Origin: Utricularia gibba
Lineage: Eukaryota > Plantae > Magnoliophyta
Length of the DNA stretch: 20,372 bases
Assembly: GCA_002189035.1 (NCBI GenBank)
Contig: NEEC01000233.1
Span: 1-20,372 of the forward strand
Reading direction: 5' to 3'
In this document: piece by piece, positions 8,817-19,758 of the stretch
Numbering within the stretch: position 1 is the stretch's first letter
Layout: each line of letters starts with the position of its first letter
The notes under the pieces: generated by a model
What the model was told of the DNA's origin: nothing
The model's database searches: none
Seen by the model: only the letters and a program-made list of their open reading frames with translations
Translations under genes and position numbers: made by a program

Positions 8817-10421
8817 GTTGATGGTGGGCCCCCAGCTCCCGGAATATTGATGCATATGCGCTGGATGAAACCTAGGATTATTTAATAAAATTTATGGATT
8901 TAAATATTATAAGTGATTTTTACCCCTAATTATTTCAAGCTATTTCTTCTAAATATATATTATTAAATATAAATGTATTTGTTTATATGTTAATAATTTA
9001 AATATATTATTAATTAAATTATCGCTAATAATTTAGATTTTAGAAATGGATAAAATTTTTACTACTACAAAATATTTTTTTATTAATTTTTTTTTAAAAA
9101 AGTATTTAAATTACTTATTAATTAAGCGACTCAATACTAAATTAAAATCTATAATAAAAATATAAAAAATAGCAGTTAATCTAAATTTTGATTGAACGCA
9201 TATTATTTCAAATGACTAACCTTAAATTGATTGAAGAATAGATGATAAAAAATAATTCGCTACAAAATCTGCACCAATATCGATTTCATTTTGATTTGCA
9301 TCAAAATCTACAAAAAAAAAATTAGTTTTTTGGAATTTATTAAGTTTCCTTCTAAATTTCGACTACAAAATCTCGATTTTCTATTTATTTTCTTTTGAAT
9401 TTCGTATATATCTAAACTTGAATCACTAAGTTGGTGCAAATCATGAATCCACTAAAAAACACGAGAGCAATTGCCATCACAACTAGTAAAGTTTAGAGTT
9501 TAAGATTTAAAATTTCATATAAATTATGTTTTAAAATCATCAGAGTAATCCCATGACTCAAAATCGATTAATCGATATTTAAAACATAATTGGTTAGGTT
9601 TAATACAATTGATATTCTATCACTATATTTAAAAATAATGTTATGCATTGATCGGTTCAACTCGAATTGCAGATCAAACGCTCACTCAGAAGACTCATAG
9701 AATAATAAACGGGTAGATTTTTTACTGGTTAAAATGCTGTTCGAAGTGATGTGGAACACACCCTGGAAATGCTACGGCCAAGTAGACCACTTCTTCATCT
9801 TCTTGGGGACAGAGCTGTTGGTTTAAGAAACATTTCTTAGAAAGTCCCATCAAGGCAAATTCCTGGTGGGGTGGGTTATTACAAATTCTGGTCGGACAGC
9901 TTGTTCTCAGCTGACCGGGAAATACAAAACTGCCGTTGCCATTGACTGAGTCGAAGCTCAATAAAAGTGTGAACGGTTTCCTATTTTACTCTTTCTTACC
10001 ACAGCCGGTGGTCTATCTGAGCCCCTGACCCACCATTGTTGTTGGGGGTGTAAAGGCTATCCCACTCTACCTTTGCAAGGGATCACCCTAACCTCTTAGA
10101 CAGCGAGCCGTGTCGTGTGGATTTATTTTCATTACTTTTGGGTATACCCTTTTTGTTCATACCTGTATACACCACTGAAGGGATGGCCATGGTGACTGGA
10201 TGAATCGCGCATTTTGTGTGAACTGCAAACGCTCTGTCTGGATGGGTTTTTTCTTGGGAATGTTTGTGGGTTCGGCATTTTCATCTGGGTTTTGTCGTTT
10301 CTCTTCGTTTTCCTGCTTGCACTTGCCTTTGTTTATTATGTCAGTCGCTATTTCTGGTTCTGTTGCCTGAATCTGGGGGGTTTTGTTTCTTCAAAGCGTG
10401 AACCCGTGCGGGTTTCTGATT

Positions 10422-12901
10422 ATGGGTGTTCGAATCTAAGATATTGTTTCTGGGTTCTGCTGCTATTGGATCTAGCTTGCTGTTCCATTGGATCTGATCA
10501 TTACTACATAGATTGTGGATCATCAACCAATGTTGTTTTGGGTAATATCACTTTTGTTGCTGATACTTCGTCTTCAGTATCTGTAACAACACCCCAAGGG
10601 ATTCTTGCGAATGCCAACTTGAATTCTGTAGAATCATCTGCATATGCGCCAGTTTTAACTACAGCAAGAGTATTTAATGGGCCTTCAAGGTATACCTTCC
10701 CGATTAATCAGGCTGGAAGGCACTGGATCCGATTGCATTTCTTCCCCTTTGTGTATCAGAATTATAATATGAGTTCTGCTAGTTTCTCAGTTTTTGCTCA
10801 GAGGACTACACTGCTTAGTAATTTTAGTCCACAGACTGCTACTTTGAGGGAATACAGTATGAATATAACAACTGGAGATCTGGTGATCACATTTTCACCT
10901 TCTAGTAATTCCTTTGCTTATGCCAATGCCATTGAGGTTGTCTCAGTTCCTGATAATCTGATCGTTCCTGGCGCTTCCCTTTATAACCCATCTGGGCAAT
11001 TCGACAGAGTTGCATCTTTAACTCTGGAGACTGTGTATAGGCTGAATATGGGTGGACCATTTGTGTCATTCTTGAATGATTCGTTGGGAAGAACATGGAT
11101 TTCAGATAGCGGTTTCTTGTTGCAGCCTAACCTTGCAACCAATAGATCCAATATAGCAGCAGTTCAGTACCCTATGGGTGGTGCAACAACAGATAATGCT
11201 CCTCCTACAGTTTATGGGACTTGCACAGAAATGAATTCTGCTTCTGATCCTAGCAGCAACTTCAATGTCACTTGGCAGTTTCAGTTGGATCCTGGGTTTC
11301 AGTACTTGATCCGGATGCATTTTTGTGATATTATAAGCACCTCTGCTAATCAGCTCGTGTTTGATGTTTATATTGATTCAGTTCTTGTTGCTCCAGACCT
11401 GGAACCAAGTACTAGAACTCCTGGACAGGTGGCCTCTGCCTTCTTCATGGATGTCGTCACCCCAACAGTCAACAGAGATACACTTAGGGTCACCATTGGT
11501 CCATCTCCACAGAGCTCCTACCCTGATGCCCTTCTGAATGGTTTAGAGATCATGAAAATGAACAACTCTGAGAATAGCCTTGCTGGAGTATCGACATTAC
11601 CAGCATTCCGATCAAGGCGGAACGTTGGAATGATCACTGGTATTTGTATTGGGGTTCTACTTGTTTTTGTTACTGTGGGACTTCTGTTTCTTCTACACAG
11701 AAAAAGGAAACAAGAACGGCTTCGAGATTCGAAGGCTTGGATTCCCATATCAGTTAATGGTGGAACTTCTCACACTTTGGGGAGTAGATATTCAACTGGG
11801 ACGACTCTTAGTGTTGGATCCAACTTGAGCTACCGCATACCCTTTGTAGCAATGCAGGAAGCAACCAACAACTTCGATGAAAGTTTGGTGATAGGAGCTG
11901 GTGGATTCGGGAAGGTGTACCAGGGGACTCTTAGTGATGGTACAACAGTAGCGATCAAGAGAGGCAATCCCAGGTCTCAACAAGGCCTAGCAGAGTTCAG
12001 AACTGAAATTGAGATGCTGTCTCAGTTCCGCCATCGCCATCTGGTTTCCTTGATAGGTTACTGTGATGAGAGGAATGAAATGATCCTTGTTTATGAATAC
12101 ATGGAAAAGGGAACCTTGAAAAGCCATCTATATGGCTCGAATCTCCCGAGCCTTAGCTGGAAGGAGAGACTGGAGATATGCATTGGTGCAGCAAGAGGGC
12201 TGCATTATCTTCACACTGGCTATGCAAAAGCAGTCATTCACCGTGATGTAAAGTCAGCAAACATATTGCTTGATGAGAATCTCATGGCAAAGGTTGCTGA
12301 TTTCGGGCTCTCTAAAACAGGGCCTGAGATTGATCAAACCCATGTGAGTACAGCAGTAAAGGGGAGCTTTGGATATCTAGATCCTGAATACTTCAGAAGG
12401 CAGCAGTTGACAGAAAAATCAGACGTTTACTCATTTGGGGTTGTGCTGTTTGAGGTTCTTTGTGCAAGGCCTGTGATTGATCCAACGCTTCCCCGAGAAA
12501 TGGTTAACTTAGCCGAATGGGCAATGAAATGGCACAAGAAGGGCCAGATAGATCAAATCATAGACTCAAGCCTTGTTGGAAAAATAAAACCAGATTCACT
12601 CAGAAAGTTTGGAGAAACAGCAGAGAAGTGTTTATCTGAGTTCGGTGTAGATCGGCCCTCCATGGGAGATGTCCTATGGAACCTTGAGTATGCCCTCCAG
12701 CTTCAAGAGGCTGTGATCCTCAATGATCCTGAGGAAAACAGCACAAATGTGATCGGTGAACTTTCACCTCAAGTGAGTGAGTTCAACCACCCTGGCACAA
12801 GTGCCTCTGTTGAACGGTTCGAAACCTCGAGTGTTGATGATCTTTCCGGCGTTTCTATGAGCCGGGTCTTCTCCCAACTAGTGAAGTCAGAAGGGCGATG
12901 A
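10422..12901 (+). CDS. HERK1: CrRLK1L malectin-like receptor kinase, HERK1/ANJEA clade; intronless
   Basis: Malectin-like ectodomain (YYIDCGS, GRHWIRLHFFPF, LETVYRLNMGG, YLIRMHFCDI, LLNGLEIMKM), a TM helix (VGMITGICIGVLLVFVTVGLLFLL), and kinase motifs GAGGFGKVY, VAIKR, HRDVKSANILL, DFG and GSFGYLDPEY. The C-terminus VFSQLVKSEGR is typical of the clade. The track's 10214 start is TTG; the likely start is ATG 10422, one base out of frame (about 826 aa when corrected). Confidence 0.93.
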
Positions 12902-13463
12902 CATGAATGAGTATACACCTGCTTTTGAGCCTGTGAGCCACTCTTTTGATCAAGGCCTCTATGCTCTGTATCACTTTTATCATTGTTTGTGTGTGCAATT
13001 GTTTGTTTTCATCAAATTCAATTGAACCCACTGGATGATTCTTTTGGCTTTAACTTATCATCCCAATAGTCATAAGATTTTCACTTTTGTTCAGTTAATC
13101 TTCCATCACCACACACTCCTACCTGCACAGAGGGGCGGCCATATCCTATTGAGCACCATCGTGTAGCCATGCTTCCCTTTGTTGTGCTTTAGGATTTCCA
13201 ACGCTTTCCATTTTAAAACAGACAACAGCTCCGCATTCCCTCCTCAGTTCTCACAATTCTGTGGTGTCTCTGCCATCCCTTGTTCATCTTCAACGTCTCC
13301 TTGGTGGCAAGGTCGAAAATTGAGGTGCTCCCGCAGAATAGCAAGCTAAGAAAAAAGCTAGTTGCTTCTTCAAATGGTAAAAACATCATCAAGGGAAGAA
13401 ATTTTTGCTTAAATGAGCGGGCAAGCTTACACCGGCGATCTGCAAATAGTAAAAAAACTCGAA

Positions 13464-13560
13464 TGGGCTGGCTGGGTAGTTTTGGATCGGACCAGACCAC
13501 AAGGCTCTGTGAAACGGGTCGCTTTAATCTGACCCGGTTAAGGCCTGGTCTAAAACCCTG
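13464..13560 (+). promoter_or_regulatory. Proximal promoter of the FtsJ-like gene (site II, telo-box-like word)
   Basis: TGGGCT near 13464 and aaaaccctg near 13552, about 50-140 bp upstream of the ATG. Confidence 0.3.
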
Positions 13561-13607
13561 CCCCTAAAGATGGCGAATGGCAAAACTCACAGAGCTAGCG
13601 AAGCAAA

Positions 13608-15044
13608 ATGAGTGGAACGCCAGATTTCTTCTACAGAGAAGCACAGCGCCTCGGTTACGTAGCTCGCTCGGCGTTCAAGGTATGTTTTTTTATCGTGTTT
13701 TGCTTGGAGACGATTTAATTCCCCGTTGTCTCTGAAATTTCGGCTGGGGATTTTGAAATGCAGCTGCTTCAAATCCAGAAACAGTATAGAATCATTGCAC
13801 CGGGATCTTCTGTTCTTGACCTTGGCTGCGCCCCCGGTGCCTGGCTTCAAGTATGTTGTTAATGTGGTTCTTGCAACTCAGCTCCTTCTAGTCGTATTGC
13901 AGGAAAACACTAGAGCCTTATATGAAAAATCCGCTTATTCATGTACTGGAATCTCCCATTATTAGAAAAATTGTCCCTTATCCGCCATGGGAACATGTAT
14001 TGATGGTTATTTGAACAACAATCACATGTAAAGGAAATCTTCTTGTTCTGAAATACCTGACTGCTTAAATTTTTGAACAAGCAGAATTGTTCACTTATTT
14101 GGACATGGTTTCTTTCTGAATCTGGTTGTTGAACTCTTGAACAAGCAGAGTTTTTGTCACTTATTTGGACATCACCAATGGTTTCTTTCTATATCTGGGC
14201 GTTGTTTTTTTCTCGATTCCTTTAGCTTTGATTGAATACCTCTTTCAAGTTCATGTGGTACCTGCCGCAGGTAGCTTGCCAGCACTTGGGTCCATTAATC
14301 AAGGGCGGAGTGGTGGTTGGAATTGATGTCAAGGTGATAATCACATTCCATCTTCAGGATCTCTAATACTGAATCCCATGGAGTCACATGGTTTTTGAAT
14401 TCTCAATATCATATGCTGCAGAGCAGAAGGTGAAGGTGCCTCCCATGCACTGTGACTCAAGGGTTAAAACCATTTGTGCCGATGTCATGAATCTCCCCAT
14501 TGATCAAGCCAGGATGCTTTCTCCTGAGGTCTTTCTTCTTTTCATCTGAACCAATCTATCTAAACTCTTGCTCTCATGCACCCCTGTTTCATTCTCCAGC
14601 AAAAAGGGTTCTCAGTTGTGCTCTCAGATATGTGCCCTCCTGTTTCCGGAATCACAATCAGGGATGCAGCATTGTCCGCTGATCTGGGCATGCAAGCCAT
14701 AAATTTAGCCATGGGAAGAGCTTCCGCAGACAGACAACACAACAGTGTATCAGAGGAAGCACACTCAACTGATTCCTGCAACTCTTCATTGGGTACAGGC
14801 GGGTTGCTGCAACGAGGGGGCAACCTCATCATCAAGTTTCTTGAAAGCGAAGATACGAAAGGTTGCTCTCCTTAGCCATTCCCGTATCCGTTTTCTTACA
14901 AGACTCTCATGTTGTTACTGTTCTTCTGTTGCAGAATTTCATCAAATGTGCAAGCCCCTCTTTAAGAAAGCCTCATGGTTGAGGCCAAAAGCAACCAGAT
15001 CATGTTCAAAAGAGGTTTATTTGATTTGCCAGGGGAGACTATAG
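13608..15044 (+). CDS. FtsJ/RlmE (RrmJ)-family RNA 2'-O-ribose methyltransferase, 231 aa (resembles Arabidopsis At5g13830)
   Basis: Exons 13608-13679, 13764-13850, 14271-14333, 14427-14528, 14600-14861 and 14935-15044, GT-AG introns, frame intact. Motifs: [66 protein letters not shown]. Confidence 0.93.
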
Positions 15045-15494
15045 CTTTGAAAAGGAGACAAATGTGCCAAAAAAAATAGTATACATCAGAGCTTCTTTGA
15101 TGGTTAGCAGATCAACTTACAGATGCCTTTGCAGATGGAAAAAATTTAAAATTATTTTTATCTTTTTATTAAATTTTGGTTATTTTTTGATGGCGCGAAA
15201 CAATGTACGGTCGATCCAACCTCAATTCTGGTACAAGAAAAGATTTTTTGAAAAGATGAGAAGAGGAGGGAGGTCATGTCATGTTGGTCACATCATTCAA
15301 GAGAAGTCACACCAACACAATTGGGTGTATTATTGTTCACTCTTATAAAAAATGACCAACTTATTTGTAAAAATTTGTTATGAGAGAAATTAAATATTAT
15401 TTATATGTTTAGTTGATTGGTTAAATTATGTGTAAGTAAAAAATAATTTATTGAAATTATGCAACAAAGAATAAAAATAATCCTAAATGATGAA

Positions 15495-15563
15495 GTTTTT
15501 TTTTTTAATCTCAAATAAAAGTAAACCTACATATTATCTTCCATCTAACGAAACGGACCCTTA
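15495..15563. mobile_element. Terminus of a PIF/Harbinger (Tourist-like) MITE
   Basis: aacgaaacggaccc at 15547-15560 (reverse complement gggtccgtttcgtt, Tourist-type TIR) followed by TTA, the typical TSD. The other end was not confidently located. Confidence 0.5.
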
Positions 15564-15576
15564 GGGTTTAGGGTTT
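15561..15576. repeat. Two plant telomere-type repeats (ttagggtttagggttt)
   Basis: Directly visible; overlaps the putative MITE TSD. Confidence 0.6.
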
Positions 15577-16299
15577 GATATGTCATAAGAAAGAATGATA
15601 CCATATAATTTGATTGATTCTGGCATTTAAATACAGCAGAAAATATTTTAATAAAAACGATGAATGGTATAGAGATATGTAAATGAGATAAGATGTGCTT
15701 AATTCATGAATTGTAAGTAGAATGAGAAATATTTTTTAATATATATGTATAAATGGAAAGATTCAAATTTCAGTGTTAATCCTTCTCACCTAATAAGCAT
15801 GGGATTTGGATAGAATTATTAATATTTTTCACTTACTAATCATACTTTAGTACTATTCTGAAAAAAAAAAATTAAATATATAACTAAAATTTGTCATTAA
15901 GTTTATAAATTTAGACTATTATTATTAATTTAACATTATTGATGGATGTGCTCATGGCTCGGCATGCGGATCGGACATCAAGAGCAGTCGCACCATCCGC
16001 AGAGCCCTAGGGTTCAGGCAGGGGGCTTGCGGTTGTGGAAGACCATGAGGATGGCTCATTGAGATGCAATGGGTGCCGAGTCTGAGTACACCTGAGCAGC
16101 CTCTGGGTGCAGAGAAGAGAAACTGACGCCCGCCGAGGGATCTGCAGCAGAAGCAAAACCCTAATTTCAACTGTACTGCAAGAAAAGAGAGCAAGGTTCT
16201 AAGGAAAAATGGAGGGTCTGAAAATGCAGGGAAGTTCTCTTGGGGTTCATCGTTTCGTGTTGGTTCTGAGATCAGATCCGGTGGGTGGCTCTCAGCTTC

Positions 16300-16412
16300 G
16301 CATTAGCCACTCATTGCTGCTGCAGCATCATCAAGATTCTCGTACAGATGTGCTCCCAGAGGCATCATCCCACATGAATCTTGAAGATGCTCCACCTGCA
16401 AAAACTGGCTGC
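16300..16412 (-). ncRNA. MIR172: miR172 precursor hairpin (c/d-type mature sequence ending in G)
   Basis: The minus strand of 16320-16340 reads AGAATCTTGATGATGCTGCAG (canonical miR172). The star arm GGAGCATCTTCAAGATTCATG is at 16373-16393 and pairs with one U.U mismatch in the 15-nt core. The lower stem agcca/tggct is at 16305-16309 and 16406-16410. Confidence 0.97.
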
Positions 16413-16502
16413 TTCCCTTCACAGCAACGCTGGCGCAGGAGAAAAAGAGAGAAATCTTGAAGAAGAAGAAGAGGTGTGAGGGATGAAGAAGGGGAAGGCT
16501 GA

Positions 16503-16508
16503 TTTATA
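16503..16508 (-). promoter_or_regulatory. TATA box of MIR172
   Basis: TATAAA on the minus strand, followed by a CT-rich leader and the hairpin about 90 nt downstream. TSS is expected near 16470-16480. Confidence 0.7.
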
Positions 16509-16939
16509 GAGGCAGTGTGAGTTGTGACTGCGAGCGGGATCCCGTTAGTGTCATTTATTAGGACGGTTAAGCGTCGTGATCCCGGGAACAAAAATGCTAC
16601 GCGAGATTTATTACAGGCTGAGTGCCTGCAGTTTCCTTAAACAAAACAATCTCTGTAGTGCTCCGACACGGCGATACGGCACGAATCGCGATTATGATAC
16701 GCTCGGTTCCGAGAGACTGCTAATAGGATTTGTCCGGGATTTGTAAAAGAAAAAAAAAAGATAATCCATTTGATAAATACAGTTTCGAAGTTCATTACAA
16801 GCTGATCGTATTGAGTAATGAACGATTGGTCGACTTATGAAGGTTGATGTTCGAAAGATAAACTTTTTTTCGATAAAAAATCATGGCAAATTGGAGCTAT
16901 ATCAATGTTAACATATTGCAAAAAACTTATATAAAATAA

Positions 16940-17203
16940 GGTCGTGTTTGGTTAATATAAGATTATAAATTATAGAATATTTACTTTATGGGTTTAAATT
17001 AGTTTGAGATTATATAAGATTTTTTTAATCTTATATATATGAATTTATTTAAAATCACCTACTTTTTTACTTTAATTAATATCGATTATAATTTTATTAA
17101 CTAAATAATATCTAATTAATTGATATATATCATATTTATTTAAATTCAAGTAAATTAAACCAATTTTATCTTATTCCCATCACCCAACCATTTCCTAAAC
17201 GAC
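16940..17203. mobile_element. Degenerate PIF/Harbinger (Tourist-like) MITE
   Basis: TAA at 16937-16939, then ggtcgtgtttggtt, an AT-rich body, and a decayed right end cccatc...cctaaacgac. It shares words (tttacttt, tttgagatta, tatctt..ccatc) with the 15495-15560 element. Confidence 0.45.
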
Positions 17204-17609
17204 AATGGAGGTTTCTATTGTAAAACAATTGCATGACTAGTCTTCGCTCTTTCTGTGTACATCGCATTTGCCCTTGAAAGCCCGATTGTCTCGGGATTTC
17301 TGGGGATCATGAGCAATACCCTACAGCCAGTTCCAACGCATAACACACTATTTTGAAGTTTCTTTTTGTTGGGTCTTTTAAACTTTAGAATTCTATAGAT
17401 CAAATAAGTACACGTGAAACTCAATTATACAAGAAACTTGAATCATACTACAAAAATTAAGTCCAAATAATTAATCATGTTTCATAATTTATTGTATAAG
17501 TGACTATTTTCAATTATTGATAATTCATAATCTCTTATGTATGTGATTATTTCATATTCAAATACGAATGTAGTGTCGTTTGTTCTAATAGCATCAAGCC
17601 TCAGCCATT

Positions 17610-17792
17610 TGATGGGTGTAGAGGTTAGTTTTGTATTGAAGAAATTGAAGAGATAAGGGGTAGAAAGGCGACTGTAAGAACTGGATTTGATGAATGCTGT
17701 AGATTACTTGAGAAATGCTTTTGTTCTGATGGGCGTAGAGGTTAGTTTTGTATTCAAGATATGGCAGGTAGGAAGACGACTGCAAGAAGTGG
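17610..17792. repeat. Direct repeat, period 117 bp (17610-17684 and 17727-17792)
   Basis: A 33-bp block is 31/33 identical and a 26-bp block is 22/26 identical, with spacers differing by 9 bp. Confidence 0.85.
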
Positions 17793-19023
17793 GGTTTGTG
17801 TGGATTTCCAGGCGTTTCAAAGTGGCGGAAATGACGGAGATTTGTTGCGTACTGCGGAAAGGGTTCGGACAGGGTTTGACGTTTGAGAGACAGGATGAGA
17901 ATTTGGGAGCAGACTGGGTTCTCCTCCCTTGTCTTCTTTCCCATTTCCGGCCTTGCTTCTCTCGTGAGCTTCTGTAACATCATTCTTTACACACTAAACA
18001 TTTGGAGTCCTGCTCTGAGCACCGCCTGGAACTCATTCATGGCTCCCTCCTTTGACGGGTCCAAACCCGGATCTCAGACAACCCAACCCCTCTTCCTCTT
18101 CTTTTCCCACAGCAGAGCCTGCCCATTCGGAACACTCTGGTAATTGTAATGAAGAACGAAGATGGTTGGCTGAAGTTAATCAGCTTGGTGGGTTGCAGGC
18201 GAGCAAAATAAAAGATTAAATGACATAGATATTTCTTCATTCGGGAAAAGAAGAAAAGCGAGGTACCTTACATAAAAGTTCACAGATACTATATGTCGTA
18301 AACATACATTTGTTGAAATTAAGGATTTAATAGATTAGATGAACTATATAAAAGCTAATTACATAATAAACAGAAGACTTAAGTTGAAATGATGTTTGAT
18401 ATGATTAAAACTTTTTTTTATAATTATGAGTAATACTAAAATCATAAATTGATCTAATTTTGTCGCATAAGCCTAACACATTTTTCTGTGTTTTTTTTTA
18501 ACTAAAACTCAAATGAATATGAATATATCTTAGTCATTCAGTCTTGTCATGAGATAAATATCTTAATACTATATTGAAATTGAGTATAGGATGAGTTGAG
18601 CGAACATACGTAAAATATAAATATACAATAAACATAAATCACATTAAAAAAATGAAATATAATTAATTATTAATAATTTATAATTTTTTATATACTTGAA
18701 CATTTTGTTTTAATTTTTTGATATGATATTATTTGTTCTAATAATACCAAGTTAACAATAGGATAATTACAATGAAAACAACATAGAAACAGTTCATTAA
18801 CATAAAAATGATCAAACTGATAAATATAGGCCATTGTTTTCATGCTTATTATCTGCAACTCTATTAAAATCTTTATCGAATAAATTTGATATTTCAATTT
18901 ACTAAGAATTTTAAAATAGAAAAATTAGAGATAACTGGGCAATGAAAAATTAAAGTTGAATGTGAAAAAATATTTATTACAATTAAAACCTTATTAAATT
19001 AACAAAACGTCAAAGGAGGTTAA

Positions 19024-19234
19024 TGGGCCTGGGCCTTTGGGGGCTTGACCCGTGGATTAGAGGCCCATCACCCAAGCCCGGCCGGTGCAAAAATCTGGGG
19101 GAATCTGTGCGTGGCGAGTACGCGAGGAGCTCCGGACGACAGGAGTACACTCTTTATGGCCAAAGCCCAATGATTGTTCCAGATACTTCTCACTGAAGTT
19201 TCCTTGTTCACCGTCCCCGTTCCGTCTAGGGTTT
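19024..19234 (+). promoter_or_regulatory. Site II plus telo-box promoter/leader of the FKBP gene
   Basis: TGGGCC at 19024 and 19030, GGCCCA at 19062, AGCCCA at 19164, and TAGGGTTT (reverse telo-box) at 19227-19234. Confidence 0.6.
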
Positions 19235-19758
19235 CCACTGCTGCATGGTAAGTAAGCTTGGAAAAATGTTGATCGTTGATTTCGGCTGTTTTCGGTCCAT
19301 TATTGCCATTGATGATTGTCCTCAAGCTTTGAATTGGATGCTGTTTGTGGGTTTGTGGTGATACTCTATCTGCTGGTTCATTTGCATCTATTGTTGATGA
19401 AAGATTCTCGCGTATGATTGAACCCTAAGCTGGAGTGGCACTAATGCAGCACTTGCTCTGCACTATCTGATCAGCTTTGATCTTCTAATCCATAGGTTCC
19501 ATTCTTTTTGCAAGCAAGTGTTACTTCAAAGGTGAAGCCAGTTCTTATTACTTTTATGCGGCCAAAGTTTTTCTTGAGAAAGAAATGCCAAAATTGTTGT
19601 GTATAGTTTGATCTCAAAGCCGTTGAGAGAAAAGTTTACAGATTTTTGCTACTTTTGTTGCAAAATTCCGTTGAATATTGTTGTTCTTCGTAAAATTCTA
19701 TAGAAATGCCTACAAGTTTGAGTTTCTGCGTTCACCAGTTGAATCCTTGGAGGAAAAC

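Noticed and set aside
9060-9372. Repeated ctacaaaa words as CACTA transposon termini
   Set aside because: No exact CACTA TIR pair or 3-bp TSD, and the AT-rich background makes chance matches likely.
10214-10421. Track-suggested 69-aa N-terminal extension of the kinase
   Set aside because: Starts at TTG and reads through a T-rich leader. A better start exists at 10422.
13200-13460. Minus-strand TGATGA...CTGA as a C/D snoRNA or divergent gene
   Set aside because: No terminal stem or recognisable rRNA guide, and the overlapping ORFs show no recognisable domain.
15952-16591. ORFs overlapping MIR172 as miPEP172 or protein genes
   Set aside because: They overlap the hairpin, lie antisense or lack an ATG in the predicted leader. 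The only short ATG ORF (MWDDASGSTSVRES) lies inside the hairpin itself.
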